From a virus, in the IMG/VR virus record IMGVR_UViG_3300027763_000032, positions 32,001 through 96,000 of that record: DNA of 64,000 nt. The stretch is one strand, 5' to 3'. Position 1 is the stretch's first letter, and each line of letters opens with the position of its first letter. The notes below the pieces were generated by a model. That model was not told where the DNA came from. It searched no databases and worked only from the letters and a program-made list of their open reading frames with translations. Made by a program: the position numbers and the translations under genes. Below, piece after piece: positions 45,800 through 54,656 of this stretch.

Positions 45800-46160
45800 C
45801 GTTGGCGTTATTGCACAAGAAGTAGGATCTGTATGTTCCGATACTATTACTCTTGATACCAGTATTTGGAATATGAGTTCGGGCACTGGCACTAGCTATT
45901 ACTATACAGGTGCTGGTGTTACAGGGTCTTCTGGAACTATAACTATAAGTGGTGCCGGTAGCGGCGCTAGTGGGTACACTATTGGTAACATCAATACGTC
46001 TACATTCAATTGGAAGACTGAGGAGTTTGTAGATTGCCTACCAGATTTTGATAGAATTCAAAAGATGTGCGACCAATATCCTGGATTGAAAATAGCATAC
46101 GAAAAATTTGTAACAACGTATAAGTTAGTGAAAGATGATTATGATAGTCCAAAAGATTAA
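45753..46160 (+). CDS. Protein with T/S/G-rich low-complexity N-terminus and YPGLK helical C-terminus
   Basis: Composition; paralogous to 46583..47002. Confidence 0.6.
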   Translation: MSNTSQLTDCITISSDVGVIAQEVGSVCSDTITLDTSIWNMSSGTGTSYYYTGAGVTGSSGTITISGAGSGASGYTIGNINTSTFNWKTEEFVDCLPDFDRIQKMCDQYPGLKIAYEKFVTTYKLVKDDYDSPKD

Positions 46161-46614
46161 AAACCAATTCTTTTCCTTTTTAGAAAACCGAGATCGCAAG
46201 CGTATCATTATGGATAGGCAATGTAACGAGCCTTTGCTAACTCGTTACTATTTGTTCTTAAAGGATCGTAAGCGTTTTCCATTTAATGTATTCCTACATA
46301 AATTTCACAAAGGTGACCCAGGCGATGTACACGATCATCCATGGCCGTACTTTACTTTAATTTTAGCAGGCGGCTATTACGAATGGGTGCCTAAATTTGC
46401 TAACGAGATTATGATTGGCGAAATTCGTATGTGGCGAGGTCCCGGCCATTTTAGATTTTGTAGTTCTACTAGCTATCATCGAATTGAATTAAAAGAAGGC
46501 ATTACGCCTTGGACCTTGTTTATGCCAGGTCCGCAAAGACGAGAATGGGGATTTCTTGTCAATAATAAATGGATACACACTGATGAGTACCTTGAAACAA
46601 ACAAGCAACATTAA
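46135..46614 (+). CDS. Cupin-fold protein
   Basis: LHKF...VHDHPW...GGYYE...YHRI...WTLF...WGF. Confidence 0.7.
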   Translation: MIMIVQKIKNQFFSFLENRDRKRIIMDRQCNEPLLTRYYLFLKDRKRFPFNVFLHKFHKGDPGDVHDHPWPYFTLILAGGYYEWVPKFANEIMIGEIRMWRGPGHFRFCSSTSYHRIELKEGITPWTLFMPGPQRREWGFLVNNKWIHTDEYLETNKQH

Positions 46615-47002
46615 AAACGGATTGGTTGGAAGTACGGTGTCTTTTACTGAGACTACTACCGCTACATCAAATCCTTATATAACTACTACTTCAGGAACAT
46701 CCGGGCAGTTTTTAACATCAACCGGAAGTAATGGCACGACATGGACTACTGGTACTACTCCATACGATGCTGTAATGTCTATTAATCAATCCAAACCGGC
46801 TACTATAGAAGTTAAAGGTAATATGGTTATTAACGGGCGAGACTTAGAAGAACGGTTAGATACAATTGAAAAAGTCTTGCAAATTCCAGAAAGAGATGTT
46901 AAACTAGAAAAGAAGCATCCAAAGCTAAAGAAGCTGTATGATGAATACATTAATGCATTGGGTAAGTACAGAACATTCGACGCAATAAAAGGAGATGAAT
47001 GA
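46583..47002 (+). CDS. Protein with T-rich low-complexity N-terminus and HPKLK helical C-terminus
   Basis: Composition; C-terminus resembles 45753..46160. Confidence 0.6.
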   Translation: MSTLKQTSNIKNGLVGSTVSFTETTTATSNPYITTTSGTSGQFLTSTGSNGTTWTTGTTPYDAVMSINQSKPATIEVKGNMVINGRDLEERLDTIEKVLQIPERDVKLEKKHPKLKKLYDEYINALGKYRTFDAIKGDE

Positions 47003-47232
47003 TGGAACTACATGAATCAGTTAGAGATACCTACAAAGAAATGGTTATTAAAGAACACGAAGGCTTTCGCCTAACATTAAAGAAACACGAAGTACTAATG
47101 CCTAAAGGATTGTTTAGTATTGATATGGTTCAAGAAAGTCTGAAAGACGGCAAAGTAGTTGAGTCACAAGTTTATAATTTCTTTATGACTAAAGAAGAAT
47201 TGCAAAATCTTGCACAGGGCTTAACTGCATGA
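46999..47232 (+). CDS. Hypothetical protein
   Basis: ATGA-coupled. Confidence 0.65.
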   Translation: MMELHESVRDTYKEMVIKEHEGFRLTLKKHEVLMPKGLFSIDMVQESLKDGKVVESQVYNFFMTKEELQNLAQGLTA

Positions 47233-47738
47233 AAAAAATATACTACAGTTGGAAAGACGTCGAAGGTGCTTGTTTAGATATTGCTAGACAAGTAATTTCT
47301 AGCCAATGGCGGCCTGACTATATTGTAGGCATTACTCGCGGTGGTGCAATCCCCGCAGTAATGTTAAGTCAGTTTTTTAATATTCCCATGCGTCCACTTC
47401 AAGTGTCTTTAAGAGACGGTGGCGATTGTGTTAGCGATCTAGGCATGGCTGAAGATGCGTTTGGTCATGAAGAAGATCCTAAAAATATCCTTATTGTAGA
47501 TGACATCAATGATCAAGGATCAACTATTGCTTGGATCAAACAAGATTGGCCAAGCGGATGTTTTCCAGATCACAATCAATGGACAAAGACATGGGGGCAT
47601 AACGTTCGGTTTGCTACATTAACAAATAATATGGCCAGTAAAGAAACTGTTGACTATTCAGTATGGGAAGTCAACAAAGCAGAGGAAGATTGCTGGCTAG
47701 TTTATCCGTGGGAAGAGTTTTGGCGCAATGACAACTGA
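47229..47738 (+). CDS. Purine (xanthine/guanine) phosphoribosyltransferase-like protein
   Basis: VGITRGG, PRPP-binding LIVDDINDQGST, VYPWE. Confidence 0.8.
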   Translation: MKKIYYSWKDVEGACLDIARQVISSQWRPDYIVGITRGGAIPAVMLSQFFNIPMRPLQVSLRDGGDCVSDLGMAEDAFGHEEDPKNILIVDDINDQGSTIAWIKQDWPSGCFPDHNQWTKTWGHNVRFATLTNNMASKETVDYSVWEVNKAEEDCWLVYPWEEFWRNDN

Positions 47739-48099
47739 TATTGAAAGGGCACTTGATGAAAAACGAGCACCGTGGACAGGTATTGAATACCGAACCAAAG
47801 ACTATTGGGTCTTCCGAGATGCATACCCAGTTACGGAAGGACATCTGTTATTTGTGCCTACCAAAGAAGACTGGGACCATCTCTGGGACTGCTACAAAGC
47901 CGCATATAAATTCGGTTACATGGGAGTCGAATCGGGTAGGTGGGACGCTTTTAATGTCGGACAAAACTGTGGCGAGGCTGCTGGGCAAACAGTAATGTAT
48001 CCGCATGTACATATGATTCCTCGACGTGCAGGAGATATGGAAGATCCTCGTGGCGGAGTTCGTCATGTTATTCCAGAAAAAGGAAACTACAAAAAATGA
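47728..48099 (+). CDS. HIT-family nucleotide hydrolase
   Basis: DAYPVTEGHLLFVP, AGQTVMYPHVHMIPR. Confidence 0.9.
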   Translation: MTTDIERALDEKRAPWTGIEYRTKDYWVFRDAYPVTEGHLLFVPTKEDWDHLWDCYKAAYKFGYMGVESGRWDAFNVGQNCGEAAGQTVMYPHVHMIPRRAGDMEDPRGGVRHVIPEKGNYKK

Positions 48100-48275
48100 G
48101 TAAATGTACCTGCGGTCGAACTACTAACGAACCATGGTGTGATGGTAGTCACACATTAACCGAAGCACAATATCAAGAACGTTGCAGAGAAGTTGAACTT
48201 GAGGAATACAAACGTCAAGCTCAAGAATTATGGAATGACTCCTGCACTAGCATTAGGTCTAATGATGTCAAGTGA
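48096..48275 (+). CDS. CDGSH (NEET-type) [2Fe-2S] protein, 59 aa (not in ORF track)
   Basis: C-T-C-G-R-T-T-N-E-P-W-C-D-G-S-H fits C-x-C-x2-(S/T)-x3-P-x-C-D-G-S-H exactly; ATGA overlap with the HIT gene. Confidence 0.8.
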   Translation: MSKCTCGRTTNEPWCDGSHTLTEAQYQERCREVELEEYKRQAQELWNDSCTSIRSNDVK

Positions 48276-48468
48276 GTGCGATGTTCGTATTGACTGGGAT
48301 AACCAAAATGGATTTTGGTGGAATGAAACTTGTGCATTAGTATTGGAAGTTTTTGGATTGCCCGGAAATAGATACGAGTCTCATCCAGACTCAGACTATA
48401 TGCTGTTTAAATTTAAATCAAAAAAGGATGCAGACCTATGCCGCATACTGTTAAGCGAACGATTCTAA
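48262..48468 (+). CDS. Hypothetical protein
   Basis: Likely start ATG 48262 or 48265 within the ORF-track frame. Confidence 0.55.
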   Translation: MMSSECDVRIDWDNQNGFWWNETCALVLEVFGLPGNRYESHPDSDYMLFKFKSKKDADLCRILLSERF

Positions 48469-48641
48469 TAACTATAGCAATTGCTGTATATGTTGCTGTA
48501 ATGTTTTTAATATTTCCAATGATGATGCCAAAAAAAGGTGATGTTATTAGAATTGACTGCACATGGAGTGAGATAAGTCCAGACTTTAGTCCAGAAATGA
48601 AACAAGCGTGTCGTAAGGCTCGTATATCAAATCCCACATGA
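48438..48641 (+). CDS. Small membrane-anchored protein
   Basis: N-terminal TM, two Cys. Confidence 0.55.
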   Translation: MPHTVKRTILITIAIAVYVAVMFLIFPMMMPKKGDVIRIDCTWSEISPDFSPEMKQACRKARISNPT

Positions 48642-48940
48642 TAAAATTTAACTTCAGCTTACTAAATCCTTTTAAGCACGAAAACTTCATCGACTTGTAT
48701 AATTGGCACGGTAGAATTACTAAAAATAAATCTTGGGAAGTAGAGTTAAACTACTATGCTTACGAATGGTTTGTTGTTAACATAGATCTATCTTGGAAGG
48801 GCAGTGATCATGCAGGACCTAGTTTTGAAATTGGTTTATTTGGTTATAATCTAGGTGGCAATATATACGACAATAGACATTGGGATTATGAAAATAAATG
48901 TTGGGAATCTCTTGACAACGACCTAAATAAAGTAGTATAA
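48638..48940 (+). CDS. Hypothetical protein
   Basis: ATGA-coupled; aromatic-rich. Confidence 0.6.
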   Translation: MIKFNFSLLNPFKHENFIDLYNWHGRITKNKSWEVELNYYAYEWFVVNIDLSWKGSDHAGPSFEIGLFGYNLGGNIYDNRHWDYENKCWESLDNDLNKVV

Positions 48941-48941
48941 T
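48912..48941 (+). promoter_or_regulatory. Sigma70-like promoter for folE (also contains TAAATA at 48924)
   Basis: TTGACA(48912)-18 bp-TATAAT(48936). Confidence 0.65.
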
Positions 48942-48981
48942 AACACAAAGACATCCACGTCATTAACTCGGAGAATTATAA

Positions 48982-49812
48982 TTGACAAACAAATTTACAC
49001 CAGATCCTGTTCTTAAAGAACCGCCAGAATTTAAAACAGATGAATATGTACCTTTAAAGAAAGAAGTGTATGTTAAAAAAGAAACTGGCTTAGATGCTAT
49101 GGCAGGTGATGGCGGATACCAGGAAGCATACTTTGCAGATGTTATCCGCACTAAAATGAAACGTGATAATAAACGTTTTTGGGCTGGCGACAACATTAGC
49201 GATTATCTACACGAAGGCGATGTAGAAAAATTAATTGACGAAACAACAGAAGCATTTGAACTAGTGCTAGATCGTTTGCTAATTGACCGTGAAAACGATC
49301 CCAACAGTCAAGGCACAGCAAGGCGCCTTGCTAAGATGTATTTTAATGAAATAATGGCAGGAAGATATGAACCAGGCCCAGACGCAACAGCTTTTCCAAA
49401 TGACTCTGCAGACCGCTACGAAGGTATGCTTGTGGTTCGCAGTGAGTTACGTTCCATGTGTTCTCATCATCACCAGCCTGTTAGTGGGGTTGCCTACATC
49501 GGTATCATTGCCGCTAATAAACTTATTGGTTTATCTAAGTATACTAGAATAGCACAGTGGTGTGCCCGAAGAGGAACACTACAAGAAGAATTGTGTAACG
49601 ATATTGCCCGAGAAGTTAGCAAGGCAACTGACTCAGAAAACGTAGCAGTCTATGTCCAAGCAGTACACGGATGCTGTGAGAATCGCGGTATTATGGCACA
49701 CTCTAGTCTAACACAGACTACAGTATTGCGTGGAACATTTAAAGATGATCCTCACACAAAGAAAGAGTTTTTTGACAACATTAAACTTCAACAAGAGTTT
49801 GCACCACGATGA
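48982..49812 (+). CDS. folE: GTP cyclohydrolase I
   Basis: SMCSHHHQP, GLSKYTR, TLQEEL, HGCCENRG. Confidence 0.93.
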   Translation: MTNKFTPDPVLKEPPEFKTDEYVPLKKEVYVKKETGLDAMAGDGGYQEAYFADVIRTKMKRDNKRFWAGDNISDYLHEGDVEKLIDETTEAFELVLDRLLIDRENDPNSQGTARRLAKMYFNEIMAGRYEPGPDATAFPNDSADRYEGMLVVRSELRSMCSHHHQPVSGVAYIGIIAANKLIGLSKYTRIAQWCARRGTLQEELCNDIAREVSKATDSENVAVYVQAVHGCCENRGIMAHSSLTQTTVLRGTFKDDPHTKKEFFDNIKLQQEFAPR

Positions 49813-50480
49813 CCTACTGTTTAATACCAATGACTGTTCCTGAGATTAATAATCTTTTAGGGGCTAATTTTGTAAATACATTTCAAACTGAGATGGATTT
49901 AATTATTGCTCCTTTAAGAAAATATATTGCAAAAGGATATCCGTTAGCACTAGGTAAAGAGCAGTGGGAGTACGTGGTTTCTGAATCTATTCCTAATGCA
50001 GAATGGTGTGGTGCAGGAAAAAGCATTATCGATGTTAAGATTGGTAGCATAGGTATAGATGTCAAGGGCGTTAGTAAAGAAGAAACATCAACGTCGACTA
50101 CCGAAGCTAGTATGTTCCAATCATTTAAAGAAGAAACAAAATTATATTTCAATAAAAAAGATACTGAAAGTATTTGGAATCTATTTGTCGATGGGTGGCT
50201 TTCTAAAGTTAAATCTGTAGATGAATATTATCTTATTGGTATTGTTAGAGAAAAAGAAACGCTTAACTGCTCACTGTGTGCATTTAAGGTTGCTGACACT
50301 AATCTATTATACGAGGACGATCTTTGTAAGTTCACAAAAAAGTCTATGAAAGTATCAGGATTAGCAGATTCTGCATTTATTGAAACAAGAGTTTACAGTA
50401 GCAAAACTAGATTAGAAATTAAATTTAAAAGCAAGGTTTGGCAAGACCCTAACTATGCTTTACCAATTTACAAATTTTAA
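49809..50480 (+). CDS. AT-rich hypothetical protein, possible PD-(D/E)xK nuclease
   Basis: IIDVKIGSIGIDVKG resembles a D-x(6-10)-D-x-K active site. Confidence 0.4.
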   Translation: MTYCLIPMTVPEINNLLGANFVNTFQTEMDLIIAPLRKYIAKGYPLALGKEQWEYVVSESIPNAEWCGAGKSIIDVKIGSIGIDVKGVSKEETSTSTTEASMFQSFKEETKLYFNKKDTESIWNLFVDGWLSKVKSVDEYYLIGIVREKETLNCSLCAFKVADTNLLYEDDLCKFTKKSMKVSGLADSAFIETRVYSSKTRLEIKFKSKVWQDPNYALPIYKF

Positions 50481-50490
50481 GGAGACCCAA

Positions 50491-50682
50491 ATGTCACAAC
50501 TAAGCAAACTAGCAAAAGTAAATGAAAATATTAGCATAAATCGTTACGACAACGGTTGGATGGTTGAAATCGGTGGACGAGATAAAAAAGAAGAATGGAA
50601 AACAACCAAGACACTTTGCAACTCAGAAGAAGAAGTTATTACTCTTATCAAAGAGTGGAACACATTACCTTTAGACGTTTAA
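50491..50682 (+). CDS. Hypothetical protein
   Basis: aaggag SD, MSQLSKLAKV. Confidence 0.7.
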   Translation: MSQLSKLAKVNENISINRYDNGWMVEIGGRDKKEEWKTTKTLCNSEEEVITLIKEWNTLPLDV

Positions 50683-50692
50683 GGAGAATATT

Positions 50693-51388
50693 ATGTTTGG
50701 AACAAACTTTACAGGCGGTGATGTACTAAGTTACCGTAGTGCTAGCGAAATTAACTCAGCGATGGGGCGTGTCTATGGACACATGAGCCTTGCTGTTATT
50801 GTATCAATGATTGTCAGTTACTTTGTGGGTACTAGTCCAGAGTTACTACAATTCTTTTTTACAGGTGTAATGAAGTGGATTGTAATCTTTGCACCGCTTG
50901 CGGCAATCTTTGGTGTTGCTATGGTGCTAGGTAATAATCCTAGCAAAGGCGTAGCACAGTTATGCCTACATGGATTTGCGGCACTAATGGGATTGAGCTT
51001 TGCTACAATCTTTGCCGTGTTCAATATGGGATCAATTGTTAGTGCCTTTATGGGTGCGGCAATCTTGTTTGGTGTAATGAGTGGTTACGGCTACTTTACC
51101 AAACGTAGTTTAGAAAGCATGGGGCAATTTATGTTTATAGGTTTGATTGCCATTGTTATTGCCAGCATTGTCAATATCTTTATTGGATCAAGTGTAATGG
51201 CCATGGTCATTAGTGCCTTGGCAATTATTATCTTCCTAGGACTGACTGCCTATGATACACAACGTATTCGTGAAGAACTAAGTGTAGACACTACTCCGGC
51301 CGCCGAAGTCAGCGGTGCTTTAAGCCTATACATGAACTTTATTAACTTGTTTTTAAACTTGTTACAACTATTTGGAGAAAGAAAATAA
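50693..51388 (+). CDS. Bax inhibitor-1 / YccA family membrane protein
   Basis: Seven TMs; LTAYDTQRI...GALSLYMNFINLF. Confidence 0.9.
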   Translation: MFGTNFTGGDVLSYRSASEINSAMGRVYGHMSLAVIVSMIVSYFVGTSPELLQFFFTGVMKWIVIFAPLAAIFGVAMVLGNNPSKGVAQLCLHGFAALMGLSFATIFAVFNMGSIVSAFMGAAILFGVMSGYGYFTKRSLESMGQFMFIGLIAIVIASIVNIFIGSSVMAMVISALAIIIFLGLTAYDTQRIREELSVDTTPAAEVSGALSLYMNFINLFLNLLQLFGERK

Positions 51389-51603
51389 TGAACTCAATAG
51401 ATATGGCCAATGACCTAATATTTAGGGCAAAAAACTTACAAGAGTTTGTAGTTGAAACTGATGTGCCGGAAGATTTTAGATTTAATGGTGTAATACCATT
51501 TGACATGCAGATTAAAGATAGTATAATAAGTGCTAAGGTAATGGCACTCGACTTTGACGAAGCTGTTACACAACTCGATAACTTTTTAGAAAGCTGTAAA
51601 TGA
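51388..51603 (+). CDS. Hypothetical protein
   Basis: Coupled ORF. Confidence 0.6.
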   Translation: MNSIDMANDLIFRAKNLQEFVVETDVPEDFRFNGVIPFDMQIKDSIISAKVMALDFDEAVTQLDNFLESCK

Positions 51604-51773
51604 ATCCGCAACACTTATATACTATCCGCTGGACACAACCATATGCCACTTACCAAATGCGCCCATATCTTCGCCAACTTCGTAACGACTACGAAGTTCA
51701 AATTGAAGATAAACTGGCTCGTGGTCAGTTTGATGATGCGAAAGCAGTCTTAGAAAGAATTATGAAATTATGA
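51600..51773 (+). CDS. Small hypothetical protein (57 aa, not in ORF track)
   Basis: ATGA overlaps at both ends; MNPQHLYTIRW... Confidence 0.6.
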   Translation: MNPQHLYTIRWTQPYATYQMRPYLRQLRNDYEVQIEDKLARGQFDDAKAVLERIMKL

Positions 51774-52060
51774 ACTGGTTAAAACTTAAATTTCGAGATT
51801 GGATAAACAGCGCACAAGACATATACGAGACGTCTGGTCGACAAAATCGATTAGTTAGTAGTGCTGAAGAAAAGTCTATCGGTGATGATCCTGTATTAAA
51901 TTTCAAAGTTTATTCAGCGGTAGGTGGTAAGGTTGTAGAGTTTAGACGTTATGATCGCAAGAGTGATCGTAACGATAGTACTACATACATTATTACAAAT
52001 GATCAAGACTTTGGTGAACGTATTGCAAAAATTGCTACAATGGAAAATTTAAAAGCATGA
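51770..52060 (+). CDS. Hypothetical protein
   Basis: Coupled ORF. Confidence 0.65.
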   Translation: MNWLKLKFRDWINSAQDIYETSGRQNRLVSSAEEKSIGDDPVLNFKVYSAVGGKVVEFRRYDRKSDRNDSTTYIITNDQDFGERIAKIATMENLKA

Positions 52061-52398
52061 ACGCACAGGTACCTGCAGAAGGCATTTTAAAACATAACGA
52101 GTGGGGCGACTCAAAAGTTTATCGAGTTTTATGCGAATGTGGAGATAGCAGTCACGAACACAACGTATGGGTAGAAGCTGACGACCACGACATTTCAGTT
52201 ACTATCTATACTACAACTAAGACTAACTTTTGGTCTAAAACACGTTGGTATCATATTTGGACTTTACTATCTAAAGGCTACATCGATACAGAATCAACTG
52301 TTTGTTTAAAAAGACAAAGTGCTTTGAACTATGCAGAAACATTAAAAAGTGCTATAATAGATGTAGAAGAATTTAGGAAGAACAATGTCAAAAATTAA
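52057..52398 (+). CDS. Hypothetical protein with CEC...H motif
   Basis: Coupled ORF. Confidence 0.65.
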   Translation: MNAQVPAEGILKHNEWGDSKVYRVLCECGDSSHEHNVWVEADDHDISVTIYTTTKTNFWSKTRWYHIWTLLSKGYIDTESTVCLKRQSALNYAETLKSAIIDVEEFRKNNVKN

Positions 52399-53242
52399 AA
52401 TTGCAGAATTATTTTATAGTGTGCAGGGCGAAGGACGCTACATGGGCGTCCCGTCTGTATTTCTACGCACATTTGGTTGTAACTTTAAGTGTGCCGGCTT
52501 TGGCATGCCACGTGGCGAACTAAGTCACGAAGCAACGGATATTGCGGCTACGCATACTATGATCAAGTCTTTTCAAAATTATAAAGACTTGCCACTAGTT
52601 AGCACAGGTTGTGATAGCTATGCTAGTTGGATGCCCGAGTTTAAAGATCTAAGCCCATTGCTCTCAAGCGATGCTATTGCCGATGGTATTATGGATATGC
52701 TACCCTACGAAGAATGGCGAGATGAACATCTTGTTATTACAGGTGGCGAACCTTTGTTAGGTTGGCAACGTGCCTATCCAGACTTGTTAGATAATCCTAA
52801 GATGGCAAGTCTTAAGGAAATTACCTTTGAGACAAACGGTACTCAATCTTTAACAGACGAATTTAGATCTTATTTGCACAACTGGAAGAAAGCTAGTCCA
52901 GATCGAGAAATTACATTTAGTGTAAGTGCTAAACTGCCATGTAGCGGTGAAGCATGGGATGAAGCAATTAAACCACAAACAGTGTGCGAGTATGAATGGT
53001 TTGGTACAGCATATTTGAAATTTGTTATTGCCACAGAACAAGACTTTGCCGATGCAGAGTGTGCTATTGCCGCTTATCGCACAGCAGGGTTTAAAGGACA
53101 CGTTTACCTAATGCCTGTGGGTGGTGTAGAAAGTGTCTATGCGATGAATAATAAGAATGTAGCTATATTGGCTATGAAACACGGCTTACGTTATAGTGAC
53201 CGTTTGCAAGTGCCGTTATTTAAAAATGAGTGGGGAACCTAA
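52385..53242 (+). CDS. queE: 7-carboxy-7-deazaguanine synthase (radical SAM)
   Basis: ELFYSVQGEG, FLRTFGCNFKC...CDS, VITGGEP, FETNGT, RLQVPLF. Confidence 0.9.
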   Translation: MSKIKIAELFYSVQGEGRYMGVPSVFLRTFGCNFKCAGFGMPRGELSHEATDIAATHTMIKSFQNYKDLPLVSTGCDSYASWMPEFKDLSPLLSSDAIADGIMDMLPYEEWRDEHLVITGGEPLLGWQRAYPDLLDNPKMASLKEITFETNGTQSLTDEFRSYLHNWKKASPDREITFSVSAKLPCSGEAWDEAIKPQTVCEYEWFGTAYLKFVIATEQDFADAECAIAAYRTAGFKGHVYLMPVGGVESVYAMNNKNVAILAMKHGLRYSDRLQVPLFKNEWGT

Positions 53243-53694
53243 TGAATAAATGGATTGAAAAGTTGTTTGGCATTGATAAGATCAAAGCTAGAACTGAAGA
53301 GGCATTAAAGCAAGCAGAAGAATCTATCCAAGTTGCTAATAAGGCCGCAACTGCCGCAGAAGCCGCAGTTAAAGCAGAAGAAATGGCAAAGTTAGGTCCA
53401 AAAGAAAGAGCTACTGCCAAAGGCGAACCTTATGTAGCAGTGTTGGATACTAAAGTAAACCCGGACAATGTACGTAATGGCTTTTTTGAGCTTGACTGGA
53501 ACGACCTTTTTGTGTTACAATTGAAACAAGCTGGTTACGGATTTGATGGTGATGCTGACGAAGAAATTGTAGATCGTTGGTTTAGAGGCCTGTGCAAAGA
53601 CGTAGCTAACGAAGAAGGTATTGATATGACTGACCGAGGTGCTGGTTATATTAATGTTCGTAAGTTAACCGAAGACAAAAGCGAAGTTTCATGA
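53241..53694 (+). CDS. Hypothetical protein (start uncertain: ATG near 53242 or ORF-track 53230)
   Basis: MNKWIEKLFG...NGFFELDWND. Confidence 0.65.
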
Positions 53695-54656
53695 CATATA
53701 TTTTAGTAGATACTGCTAACACATTCTTCCGTGCCCGTCACGTCATTAAAGGTGACGCTGACACTAAGTTAGGCATGGCATTTCATATTACACTTAACAG
53801 TATCCGCAAGGCTTGGCAAGACTTTGGAGGCACACATGTTGTCTTCTGTCTCGAAGGTCGCTCATGGCGCAAAGACTATTACACTCCATATAAAGCACAG
53901 AGAGCGGCGGCTCGTGCGGCTAAGACTGTAAAAGAACAAGAAGAAGAAACCCTGTTTTGGGAATCGTTTGACGCATTTAAAGATTTTATTACAGAAAAAA
54001 CTAACTGTACAGTATTACAGCATCAGCAACTAGAAGCTGACGATTTAATTGCCGGTTGGATACAGAGTCATCCAAATGACGATCATGTGATTATTAGTAC
54101 CGATACAGATTTTGTACAATTAATTGCTCCTAACGTAAAACAGTACAACGGAGTTATGGAAACTACAATTACACACGAAGGTATCTTTGATAAAAAAGGC
54201 AAGCGTGTGATTGACAATAAGACTAAAGCTGAAAAAGTTATTCCAGATCCACAATGGTTATTGTTTGAAAAATGTATTCGAGGCGATACTAGCGATAATG
54301 TATTCAGTGCATATCCTAAAGTGCGTAAGAATAAATTAGAAGAAGCCTTTACTGATAGGGCAAACAAGGGATTCGCGTGGAACAATCTCATGCTTCAGCG
54401 TTGGGTTGATCATAACGGGGTCGAACATCGTGTGTTAGAAGACTACGAACGTAATCGTCGACTTATTGATCTTACTCAACAACCCGAAGATATTAAAAAT
54501 ATTATTAAAGAAACAATCTCTACTAATGCGGTTGCTAAAGAAGTTACACAAGTTGGCATTAGACTTTTAAAATTTGCTCAATTATATGATCTACAGAAAG
54601 TGTCTGATCAGGCAGATAGCTATGCCAAACCATTAAATGCAAGGTACGTAAAATGA
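53691..54656 (+). CDS. rnh: T4 RNase H-like 5'-3' exonuclease / flap endonuclease
   Basis: LVDTAN, EGRSWRK, LEADDLI, STDTDFVQL, GDTSDNV. Confidence 0.88.
   Translation: MTYILVDTANTFFRARHVIKGDADTKLGMAFHITLNSIRKAWQDFGGTHVVFCLEGRSWRKDYYTPYKAQRAAARAAKTVKEQEEETLFWESFDAFKDFITEKTNCTVLQHQQLEADDLIAGWIQSHPNDDHVIISTDTDFVQLIAPNVKQYNGVMETTITHEGIFDKKGKRVIDNKTKAEKVIPDPQWLLFEKCIRGDTSDNVFSAYPKVRKNKLEEAFTDRANKGFAWNNLMLQRWVDHNGVEHRVLEDYERNRRLIDLTQQPEDIKNIIKETISTNAVAKEVTQVGIRLLKFAQLYDLQKVSDQADSYAKPLNARYVK

Noticed and set aside
48948-48975. Riboswitch in the folE leader (gac-atccac-gtc, ctc-g-gag)
   Set aside because: Stems of 3 bp are too weak, and it matches no preQ1 or THF aptamer consensus I can recognise
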